This document shows positions 1-11,400 of a stretch of DNA of 21,789 nt, one piece after another. The position numbers were made by a program, and so were the translations under genes. Source of the DNA: Rotaria socialis (Eukaryota); NCBI GenBank assembly GCA_905331295.1, contig CAJNYD010000156.1:62001-83789 (forward strand). Reading direction: 5' to 3'. The notes below the pieces were generated by a model that saw nothing but the letters and a program-made list of their open reading frames with translations, did no database searches and was not told where the DNA came from. The stretch's first letter is position 1. Each line of letters starts with the position of its first letter.

Positions 1-184
1 ATAGCACGGTTTAGGCATACAAATGGACTTGGCATTTTTACTTTAAAAAAATCATTGAAAGTAAAATATTTCAAATATAATGAAAAAAAAAATAGTTCAA
101 ATCTTTATCCTAAACTATGTTTTAAAATAAAATTTCCTAACCCATAAAACGAAATCTTCGCAATACATAATATTCAAGTAGGAT

Positions 185-190
185 TTTATT
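185..190 (-). terminator. Candidate polyadenylation signal (AATAAA) of DNAJB13
   Basis: TTTATT on + strand about 100 nt downstream of the stop codon. The motif is common by chance in AT-rich DNA. Confidence 0.3.
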
Positions 191-292
191 GCTGTATTAG
201 ATATGAAAAAAAACAGATGTCAATTGTTGAATAGATATCTGTAGATAGAAGAACAATCGAACAAAAAACACAAACATCTAAAAAATGTCTAA

Positions 293-1684
293 TTAATCGC
301 CATGAAACAAATGCTTCTTTTTAAAATGATTTGCATGCTGTTGTTGTTGTTTTTTATTATTTAGATTATTAATCAATGCTTCCTTGATAAACAATTTCTG
401 ATCAGTACTTAATCCGATGGGATATTCAACATCAAAATCAATGATTATATCACCATATTTATCTGGATCTGTCATTAACGGCATACCATGACCTGGTATA
501 CGTTTTTTATATCCTGGTCTAGAACAAAAACAAGTTATTTCGTGTAGTCTTGTTTTTTTCTTCTTTTCTCTCTCTCAAAAGAATGCATTTTTCTTACCTA
601 ACAATATCATTAATTGGCACATCGAGAAGTCTTCCATCAAGATGTTCAATATGTAATGTTATTCCAACTAATGCATATCCTAAGGTGATTTTAGCTGTAT
701 AAATAAGATCTGAATTTTCACGACGAAAAATAGGATGTGGCTTATCTTTGACAGTAAAAACAAGATCCGATGGGATATTATTTGGACCTTGATCACCTTC
801 GCCTTCAAATATTATTTTTGTGCCGGGTAACCAACCACGTTTAACAGAAATCGAAAGAATCTTCTCACGAATACTTGATTTTATGTCATCGTCATTTAAT
901 GCCTTGAATAAATATGTAAAAAATTTGAGTAGCAATGAAGAAGACGAAGAAATTTTCTTTGTTTTACTCTTCGACTTATTTTTATTTTCTTTATTGCACC
1001 ATGATAACAATCTTCGAGTGAAAGTAAAAGATCGCGTACAATGGGCGGATCTTTTTTTACTCGGCCACGTCCATCGATTCCACCAAAACCTAAACTTCGA
1101 TTTTGATTTGCAGTTGTATAAAATTCTAAGTACAAAATTGAGTTTTATTTGTGAAAATTTTCTCTTTCATCATTACCTATAAATGGATTATCACCACCAA
1201 AAAAATCTCGAAATATTTTTTCTGCATTTCCATGAAATACATAATCTTCTGTCCATTCCCCATCGGTTCCTTTAATTTCAACAAATATACTGTCTTTTTT
1301 TTCTCTATTTAAGAGATTCAACAATATTTAACCTGTTGGTACACCACGTTTTAAACCTTCATTACCAAATTGATCATAGATGGCTCGTTTTTTAGCTTAA
1401 TCAAAGAAAAAAAATATTTATCAAATAGAATATAAATGAATTGAAACATACGATCACTTAACACATCATATGCTTCGGCTAAATCATGAAATTTATACAA
1501 TACATCTAAATCATCTGGATTTGTTGCTGGATGAAATTTAAGTGCTAATCGATGATATCTATATAAAACATTTATAAACAAAAAAGGTTCACTAAAATCT
1601 TTCATTTAATCCTTACGAAGATTTGATATCAGCATCCTTGGCAATACGAGTTACTTGAAGAATTTCATAATAGTCCTTCGTCAT
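293..1684 (-). CDS. DNAJB13: DnaJ homolog subfamily B member 13-like (radial spoke protein RSPH16), 7 exons, ~339 aa
   Basis: GT-AG exons 1684-1617, 1558-1452, 1395-1333, 1269-1177, 1125-968, 902-598, 518-293 sum to 1020 nt in frame. Translation: J-domain [34 protein letters not shown]...[29 protein letters not shown], linker [22 protein letters not shown]-terminal [20 protein letters not shown]...[27 protein letters not shown]...GHGMP. A non-HPD motif and this linker are typical of DNAJB13. Confidence 0.92.
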
Positions 1685-1731
1685 GTTTACCTTTTGTTTG
1701 AATGCAGGGATTTACTTAAATACATCGGCTT

Positions 1732-1745
1732 TTTGCCTTGGAAAC
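1732..1745 (-). promoter_or_regulatory. X-box (RFX site)-like element upstream of DNAJB13
   Basis: GTTTCC-AA-GGCAAA on the - strand, 48-61 nt upstream of the ATG. It matches the X-box palindrome except at the last base. Confidence 0.55.
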
Positions 1746-1780
1746 TAGAAGAAAATTCTTTTCTTGCCATGTATATCTAC

Positions 1781-1794
1781 TTTCACATAGCAAC
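1781..1794 (-). promoter_or_regulatory. Second X-box-like element upstream of DNAJB13
   Basis: GTTGCT-AT-GTGAAA on the - strand, ~100-110 nt upstream of the ATG. One strong half-site (GTTGCT/AGCAAC) with an AT spacer and a weaker second half. Confidence 0.45.
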
Positions 1795-3217
1795 GACTTC
1801 TTTGTTATATTAAGAAAAATAGGCGACATTCATATTAGATTTTTTTTGTTCATTTAGAATCGATCACACAAGTAAATATTGAACTAACGATTTAAATCAG
1901 TACAGGAAAGTTTTTCAAAATTGATTTATCCTGTAAAAATAACTTTTAAACATAGAATTTAGTTATCAAAGTTTGCATCAAAACTCTATGAATAATCGTG
2001 TTTCCGCTAAATCAATACAATATCATCGAAATGTGTTTTAATCAAATATATTTATTTAAATGTGATATAAAAAGAACTTAATATCACGCAAAATACGAGT
2101 TTTTCAAAGAAAAAACCTATTCATGACAGGCTATGTTAGAGTGTGAAATGTAGAATTGAAGTCAACCTGCATCAAGTATGAACAGAAATATCCTATTTCG
2201 CACTTCATCAGTAGAATATGATTGTTGACTATTTAATCCTTTACTAAACGTTTTCTTTTTCCTCTTGTCATACTTTTGGTTAAGGTCAACAAGAGAAAAT
2301 ATGTCCCGAAGCAAAACAAAGAGAATTTCTACAAGGCAAAATATAGTCTTGTTCGTTGTTTATTGATTATTCGTAAGTCTTTTGTTGAAATCTAGTTAGT
2401 TATATATTTGATATGATAGAGTCGAATTCGAACAGGGAATATATTTTGATTTTTCATGCCTCTATAATATCTCAATTAACAATATGAGTGAACGAACAAA
2501 AAAGTCTTGTTCTCAAGAGGGAAATGTCATTGATTACTCTAGAACTTCAGATTTATTTTCAGGACACGATTTCATCATCATTCTTTTTTTTTATCGCATA
2601 TCCAGTGATTAATCATATCAGACAGAATTAATTGTCGGAAATCAATTTCTACTAACAAGAAAAGTTATATTTCTTGCTTGATTTTCTAGTACATGAACAA
2701 AAATTATCAATATCTTTATTCTACTTTGTTTGAAACATCTAGTGACATCTTAAGATTTTCGAATTGTTTTTAAGAATACTGAATCTAATAATATACGGAT
2801 ATTGCATGTTTGAATATAATAATAAAAATAAAAATAAAAAATCTACTACTTTGACACATGAGATCGAATGATCAATACAGAATCGAGACCATTCACATAG
2901 TTAATGGCGCTTAACAACGGCTGCTGATTCGTTCTTTTTCTTTTCTTTCTCTTGTTTCCCTACAACAGAACTATAGGAATCGATTAAAAATAATTTGATT
3001 GTTTTAAAATATATATTTCGCCTTTTTTCTATTTCGTTTAGGTAGATATTACTATTATTATTACTATTAAATATTTTTCTATATATTTTAATCAATATAT
3101 TCAACTATTTGGTTATTTATTTTAGTCTTTCTCTTTTTCGTACTCGTGTTTTGTCTATGAATTTGTTAACAAATCGACTATATATCCAATAAAACAGTTT
3201 CTTCTCAATAAAAACCA

Positions 3218-6200
3218 ATGATCGATGGCAGTGCTGGAGGTAATGGTAGCGAAACCGACATTATCGGTAGCGCATCCGAAATACTTAAAGACCGACTGTA
3301 TTTTGCTACACTACGTGTAAAACCTAAATCAACTGGAAATACTCATTATTTTTGTATTGATGATGAATTTATTTATGAAAAGTAGAAAAAAAAATATTTA
3401 TCTATATCTAAAGCGAATTTTCTTCTTTAAGTTTTTATGCCGATTTCGGTCCACTAAATTTGGCTGTTGTTCATCGATTTTGTACAAAATTAAATAAAAA
3501 GTTAAATGTAAAAAGCAAACCACCAAAACATTAAAGGAATTTTTTTCATTTCTGATCCTTTTTATTTTTCGATTTAGAATTCTACATTAGCACATAAACG
3601 AATTATTCATTTTACGACATTTGATCCAAAGAAAAGAGCTAATGCAGCTTTTCTTATAGCTGCTTATTCGGTAAGGATGGTGTCTTTTTTTATATTCGTC
3701 GTATTCATTTTCATTAATTTTAGATTATTTATTTAAAACGTACACCTGAAGAAGCATACAAACCATTAGTGAGCGGTATCAATGCTGCTCATCCATTTTT
3801 ACCTTTTCGAGATGCATCACTTGGTTCATCATCGTATAATCTTACCTTACTTGATACATTACAAGGTCTTTACAAGGTTAACTATATTTTATTTTGATAA
3901 TTATCGATCATTTCTCTAATTAATTATTATTTTTTAATTTAAAGGCTATGCTTCATGGTTTTTTCGATTTTGAAAATTTCGATCTAGATGAATATGAACA
4001 TTATGAAGTAATAAAAATGAAATTCAGCAATACTTTAAAGATTTTCTCGTTATTAATAGAAAGTTGAAAATGGAGATCTAAATTGGATTGTACCTCGTAA
4101 ATTACTTGCTTTTTCTGGTCCACATGCGAAAAGTAAAATAGAAAATGTATGTTGATAAAAAAAATATTCAAAAGCGAATAAAATTCTGCACCTTATTATG
4201 TTTCCTTGTTTTTATCTCTATAGGGGTATCCGTTACATGCACCCGAAGCATATTTTACTTATTTTCGAAAACGTAATGTATCAACTATTGTACGGTTAAA
4301 TAAAAAAATCTATGACTCAAAACGGTTTGTCGATGCTGGTTTTGATCATTTTGAATTATTTTTCAATGACGGAAGTACACCCAGTGATGCAATTGCATTA
4401 AAATTTTTGAACATAGTTGAACAAGCAAAAGGCGCTGTTGCCGTTCATTGTAAAGGTATATTATCGACGATCAATAGCAAATAGAATTTATTATTATTAT
4501 TATTAATCTTATTTTACATTTAGCGGGTCTCGGTCGGACGGGTACATTAATCGGAGCATATTTAATGAAACATTATAAATTCACAGCAGCCGAAGTTATT
4601 GCTTGGCTGAGAATATGTCGACCCGGATCAGTAATTGGGCCACAACAAAATTTTCTCGAAGAGTAAATAGAAAATTTGATTGATTAAGAATAGGAAAAAG
4701 AGTAATTCTTATTAATATTTATAGAAAACAAGCTTGGCTTTGGTCATTAGGTGACACATTTCGAATTAAAGATCGACCACGATATACATCCTATTTTGGT
4801 ACTAATTCATCTATGGATACAATTGGTCTTAATCCACTTCGTTATTCCGTTGGTGATAACAATAATCACAATGAAGTTTGTTTATATTTGTTTCAATTTT
4901 TCAGTTTTTTGAAAATTTTGTTTCACAAAAATCAATTTAGGAAGAGAATGAAGGGGAAATAACACAAGGTGATCGATTAAACGAAATAAAAGCACGTCGT
5001 ATGCAACATCATCATCTAACACCAGCACCAACTTGGGCTCCACCAAATACAAATGCAACATCGAGTCTTACGTAAGCTTTTTTTTATTTATTTATCTTTA
5101 AGCTGTTAAGATAATCAAGATAGTGTGAAAAGTACATTTTGTATGCTTCAACAAAAAAATAATAATTTAGATGTAAATATTGTGTTAAAACTTATCAGTC
5201 ATCATTGGTGTTTAACAAACATATGAAAAATCAACATTCCGATAAAGTTAATCATCCACATCAATCACTTATGAAATGTGAACAATGTATTAATAACAAA
5301 ACTTTTTCAACAAAAAAAGCTTTACAATTGCATCGAATTCGAACACATAATAACAATAAAACTATCACCAATGGCGATAGGACTTATAGGTACTAGAGAG
5401 TAATTGATTATCGCATGGGTGAAGTTATCATCTTTGATTGGTCATGAAAATATATCTACGTATATAGATGATATCGAAGAAGTCTTTTTCTTTCGTGGTT
5501 TCGGTCGTTACTGCTCGTTGAAGGTTTCTTTTTTGCTCCGTAGTTGCCTGTAGAATGATAAGAGAATGTGTGTGGTTTAGAATAAGAACAATACCTATTT
5601 GTAGTATCGTCACAAGACCTTTATTTGCAACATCGGCCAGTGATGACGAACAAGTGACATCACGTCAAGCATACAATAGTCGAGTGAATGCAACTCCTAT
5701 CAATACTGATGAATCCTATGAATCTACTATGTTTACAACAGCTCTGTTACACAGGTGTCTTTATAAAAAATGGACAAACAATTGCTTTGATCATCTATAT
5801 TTGATCATTCCTTTTGCTTTTATTTAATCAATTATTCCATTAGCCATTCCTATCCCTGCCTGTTTTATAATATACATATATGCATATATGTGATTTTTGC
5901 ATGAGTGGATTCTTATAGATTGAAACATGAGCGCTAAAATCTGCTTTCTATTGAATTTATTATTTTTTTCTTCTAACATTCTATCTGAGATTTTCTTTCA
6001 CAGATTCAATCCTCCGATAACATACAAACGTACTTATACACCAATGAATTCAGTAGGGACTATGCCAGCTCAAAATCTTCCAATGACCATGGGACCATCA
6101 ACTGGTGTACGTCGTAGTTATGGACCCATGTCAAATACATCTTCCAATATAATACCACCTTCGAATACACGGAAACCGCGTTCTTATGTATCATCAGCAA

Positions 6201-6759
6201 CATCAATAATGAAAACGTACGAGCACTATTATTCGTTATTGTTTGCTCTTTTTTCTCTCAAGAGTGATAATCCCTTAACGTGGTAATATTGGTAATGAAG
6301 CGAGAGAATTTAATTGTAATATTTGATACTTGAAATGCCTGGAAAACATAATATTTTTGCATGAGTTCTTATTTAGCTGCAACAGTATTGGTCTGTGAAA
6401 AAAATAGATCCGAAAGTTATTGACCTAGAAATTCATTTGAAAAGATTAAAAAATAAAATGGAATCTTTTCGCTGAAATAGATTTCTTTTTACTATTTATA
6501 TTCTAAAGTAATTTTTTGTTTTAATCATAGTTCAATGTATCCGAGTGGGCGATATATAAGTACAATAACAAATAATAATAATAACAATCTTGGAACAACA
6601 TTAACTATATCTGATAGCGATAATCGTGATCCAGTATCATCAGCTATATTAAAAGTATCTTCAAATCAACCATATCGTGGTAAATCCCAATTAACCAATA
6701 CTACTTCATTGCCCACACATTCTTATTATACACGATCAAAATCGGTATTGAGTATTTAA
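3218..6759 (+). CDS. CDC14: Dual-specificity protein phosphatase CDC14 (CDC14A/B-like), 14 exons, ~699 aa in the all-exon form
   Basis: Exons 3218-3381, 3432-3507, 3578-3670, 3724-3876, 3945-4007, 4060-4146, 4224-4455, 4524-4662, 4725-4875, 4941-5071, 5171-5389, 5605-5754, 6004-6216, 6531-6759 sum to 2100 nt in frame. Hallmarks: [65 protein letters not shown], catalytic VHCKAGLGRTG (split by the 4456-4523 intron), [26 protein letters not shown]. Exons 1-10 are secure; tail exons 11-14 are inferred from splice sites and phase. Confidence 0.93.
5171..5389 (+). other. CDC14 exon 11 encoding two C2H2 zinc fingers
   Basis: tttag|A TGT AAA TAT TGT... gives [22 protein letters not shown] (CX2CX12HX4H) and [24 protein letters not shown] (CX2CX14HX4H). 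The donor is AG|gtact at 5390. The exon is 219 nt and phase 2 at both ends. Confidence 0.75.
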
Positions 6760-7130
6760 TTAATTACATTTTTGTTTATCATTATTCTATTTTTAGTCTT
6801 ATTCCAAATATTAATATGCATTAAGAAAGTGAGACAACAGTGTGATGGAAAAGTTGTGTTGCTCTTCAATGCAATCTCGCGTACTATCTCTCACACACTT
6901 TTCTTCTTGTGCCAAATCGTGTGTTTTTTGTCTTTTTTTTTCGATGAGAATTGATTTTTTCTACTTTTTTTGTTTTGTTTTTGTAGTTTCAGAATTCTGT
7001 GCTTAAATAATGATGGAAATTTTAAAAAAAAGAACAAGTACTCTCTTTGTCTTTTGTGTGTATGCATTTTTTTTTGTTAAGCTTATTTACTGATGATGCT
7101 GCTGCTGCTATTATTGATGATTTCTTTTTT

Positions 7131-7172
<42 letters not shown>

Positions 7173-7184
7173 TTACTACTACTA
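7131..7184. repeat. (CTA)n microsatellite
   Basis: About 18 CTA units with one TTA interruption. It produces the spurious poly-Leu ORF 7047..7241. Confidence 0.95.
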
Positions 7185-8264
7185 TATATAAACGGACTTT
7201 TTCTTTATCTTGTCTTGTATATGTATTCTCATGTAATTTAAACGAAAAATATATAACAAAGAAAGGCGAGAAAAGAAGCCCACCGAAGGGAACAAATTAT
7301 TATTAATTGAATTTAACATTTTTCTTTTTCTTTTCTTCTTTCATATTTAGCTTAAATTATATGACTGACAAATGTTGATTGTAATATATACAAGGAAATC
7401 TCGTCTTACTCTTGTTTCGTTTGTTCTTTTTTTTATATTATTTTTGAAAGTAATAAGATACAATAATCAATGGAAAATATATACAAAAAGATTACGTTTG
7501 ACTCTATTAAAATATTGAATAATAATCATTTCAATTTCATTCAAATACACTATTTTATATTCTATAAGAATTCTTTGTGAACAAAAGAAAAAAGTAGCCA
7601 GATTCGGTTGTGTTGTTTCCTTAAATGCAATTTATCATTCACATCTGATTATTAACACCTATGATTACGATTTGATTTTCTCTTGTTTCTTGATGACCTT
7701 TTCTTTTCGATCTATTCATAAGCTGATGATTTTAGCATTAAGTTAAGTAGTTCATCATCGTCGTTATTCTCTCTTAATTATTGCGATTGCTAGCTCATAC
7801 AGGAAGTTCTTATTGAACAACGAAAAAAAAAAAGATTGAATGCACACATGCAGATAGATATAAGAAAAAATAGTGTCAGGGAATTCTCACGAGCCTTTTT
7901 CTTTGACGAGCATTCATCATCATTTTTCTCTTTTTTCTTCTATCCCCATATCAATAGTTTTTTTTGCAAAATGCTAGCATTCAATGTTATACATGAAAAA
8001 AGAAACGATGAAGAAAAGAAGAAAAAAAATGAGAAAAATATACTACTACTAGAACCGAGAAAGAAATGTGATGTGGTTTGATGAAAGACGTATAGCACAC
8101 GAGCGGAAAACAGGACAGGACGATGAGAGATCGGAGCTGAGAAGCATACTAGACGGGAAAAGTGAGGGAAACACATCGAGCAACTAAAGCAAACGAACAA
8201 TCGCGTTCAAAGACACATGCATACATGAGTTTGCTAGTTGAACTTGTGAGTATTAGGAAAGAAA

Positions 8265-8319
8265 AGAGAGAGAGAGCGAGATAGAGATAGAGATAGAGAT
8301 AGAGAGAGAGAGAGAGAGA
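8265..8319. repeat. Compound (GA)n/(GAGATA)n microsatellite upstream of the Piccolo-like gene
   Basis: agagagagagagcgagatagagatagagatagagatagagagagagagagagaga, ~150-200 nt before the ATG at 8467. Confidence 0.9.
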
Positions 8320-8466
8320 AGAGCAGAATAAAACGCAACAAGATAGTACTACTCTGCAATAGTACAAAGAGAATACGTAATTAATATGATTGTAGCGTGG
8401 CGTCGCATTACTCGTCATTGTGTCTCCAGTTGTTCGCTCGCCATCCGCCCCTTTTCTTTTAACTGA

Positions 8467-11400
8467 ATGTTGAATTCATTGAAAAAGTGGGTGCAAGATG
8501 TGGCGGTCGATCTGACACCACCAGTACCGCCACAACCATCGACATCTTCTCCCGCCTTATCATCATCTTTAAACCCAAGGCCAACTAATCATTATCATTA
8601 TTCTTCGACACCCTCATATGATCTACCACATTTCAGTGAACATTTACCAAAGAATTCATCATCAACAATGGGTCTCTCACGGCCTATATCAATGGATAGT
8701 GTACGTAGTACGAGACTAGTAAAAACGTCAATACCACCGCCACCAGCATCCCCTGCTGAACTTGATTTAAGTCATTTAAATCGAGAAGAACAAGAACATA
8801 TCGCAAATGTATTACGACGAGCTCGAGCTGTCGATGAACAGCAATCATCCGGACCGTTGATTGCTACTCCTTCGGCACGTTCACCGCTAGCATCAATAGT
8901 GTCGGCATCATTCTCGTCTTTAACATCGTCATCATCGTCAACATCAACAAGTAGTTTTAATAGTGAGAAACCGGGAAAATATGTGCACGACGATAAAATT
9001 CATGATGACGATGATGATGATAATGAAACGTAAGTAGATTATTTTTGCATGTTTCAGTGTATCTTACCAGAGAGAAATCTTTTTGACAAATTAATTTTTA
9101 ATATTTGAACACGTTATCTAAATATTTACATAGATTTTTTTTGTTCATCATGTTGTTAGAAAATGATGCATGTCGAACAAAACGATAAAATATAAATTGT
9201 TTCATTTTCTTGTCTTCAGACTGATATTCTCCAGATACTTTGTAATTCTATATATTTATATTTAATGATCACGCAAATAACTATAAATTAATAGTAAAAA
9301 AAAATAAGAGAAAAGTCTCCTCTATCCATGAAACTGCCAATTATAAAAGATTGCATAAAAATAGTAACAGCTAGGAGACTTTTTTCCTCCTTTTCTCATT
9401 TGACTTATTTGCTAACATAAACAAAACATCTTTTCATTTGAGAAATCAAGTTAAAAAAAAGGGTTCACGTGGCAAATTTTTATTTATTGATTATATATTT
9501 TATTTTTGTGATGACTGACTTCTCACGGCATTTACACTCTTCACCATTTTCTATTCTATTATTAACAGACGCGACGATCGAGAAATCTCATCGTCTACAC
9601 CAGAATCAACATTAATAACTATTTATCAATGCCAAGTGTGTAACAAACAGCAACAGGGAAATATACCAATTTGTTTTCAATGTCGAGACAATGAAGAAGT
9701 TGCACGACTAACACAAAGCAATACAAGTCCTGTAAGTTAACATGTCTATAGGCAATGTCATACAATAAATCAAAATCATTGCGTTTTTTTCTTATATTAG
9801 ATCATGCCAACTAGAAAATCATTATCTCCTATACCGATAGAATTTAATAAAGATAACGACGATAAAATCTATGATAATGTCACGAAAATTGATGAAGAAC
9901 CAGTGGAACAAAATTCACCTACTCTTGATGATATGTTCTATGTCAGTCACCACGACACAACATTAATGAATGATAATCAAGGCCAAAAAAAACCAGACGA
10001 CGAAGAAAATCAACATTGTCAATCACCACTCTTTGAATCAAAATCAGCATTGACATCGTTGACGATGGCAATTCCAGTGAAAACACGTATTAATAATTTA
10101 ACAGAAATCGATGAAAATGATTTTTTCTATCAAGGACCAAGTCCATATGTAGCAACAATTGATAATATTCTAATATCTGATCAAATTACGGAAGCATCAA
10201 TGCCATCGTATAAAATCGATGAATATATCGAAGAAGATGATCATTATGAACGTGACCATGTGAAAGAATTAGAAGAAACTATAGCTAACTTATCTCGACA
10301 CTTTCCAGTATCATCACAAAAACTGAATACTATAGAGATAAATCCAATAGTAACAAATTTACGACAACCATCAACATTATGTGTTGATGAAATCGACGTA
10401 GATTCAATTCTTGAAATGGAAATAGAGTCACCCCCAACAGATGAGCGTTATATTCAATCATCTTCATCTCTTTATTCTACTTCAACGTCATCTCAACATC
10501 CTCTTAATGCTCCTATTACAGTACCTATATTAACAAATAATCGTCGAGGAAGTCTCAGTCGTTCATCGGGCATACGAGAAAATCTAACTGATTTACTTAT
10601 AGCAGCAAAAAAATCGACCGAATTATATCCGTCAGATACTCGATCATTACATCGAACTGCGTCCAGTCATAGCAAGGTATATTTATAGTTTTTAGTTTTC
10701 ATTTCTCAATAGAATTGGATGGCACGAGAAAAAAATAATAATTAGTTTATTTAGATTGGCTACGATACATGTATATAGAGAGAGAGAGCTTTTCTTTTCC
10801 AATATATGTTTGATAAAGATATGCTAAAATATTCATGGAATTAATAAAATAACTTTATACGATGTCTTCTCCTTACATTTAAAACAACATCCCGCCCACA
10901 CTAATCGTGCAAGCCTTTCTTTTTAATGAGGATTACAATGAAGATGCGAATTGTTTTTCTTATTCTAAGGATAATAGTGAATAATTAGATTTTCTTGATT
11001 TAGCGAATAATACCAATTCATCGACAAAAACGCAATTTGCCTACGGTACCACTAGCGACGGATCATATACAATTGCGTCGAACTAATTCGGAATCTCGAT
11101 TTTGTCTTCCGGCTGTACGATCAGCCGTTCTAATGTCTAATAGTAATATAGATGATGAATGTGATTTACTTGAAATCGACCTGAATGATCCTATGGGTTC
11201 GATGAAAAGAACATCTCGTTCAAAAACTGAATCTGAAATTAATATTAATAATGATATTAATTATGATCGAATATTCTTTAATACAACAAATCAATCACCA
11301 TCATTTGATAGAATATATTTTCCTAAAACACAAAAGAAACAATTAAAAGATCAAACAACAAATACACCACCGATATCAAATCTTAATTCAACAATGAAAA

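Noticed and set aside
820..1182. 120-aa + strand ORF
   Set aside because: Antisense shadow of DNAJB13 exons and introns, with no recognisable motif.
7047..7241. Poly-Leu ORF resembling a membrane peptide
   Set aside because: Produced by the (CTA)n microsatellite.
7836..8418. Three overlapping 81-89 aa ORFs
   Set aside because: Low-complexity translations of A-rich and GA-repeat sequence upstream of the Piccolo-like gene.
10677..11003. Possible internal promoter or alternative first exon in Piccolo-like intron 3 (GA run, CCCGCCC, ATGs near 10926-10946)
   Set aside because: The ATG frame hits a stop before joining exon 4 and no suitable donor was found. It cannot be supported without TSS data.
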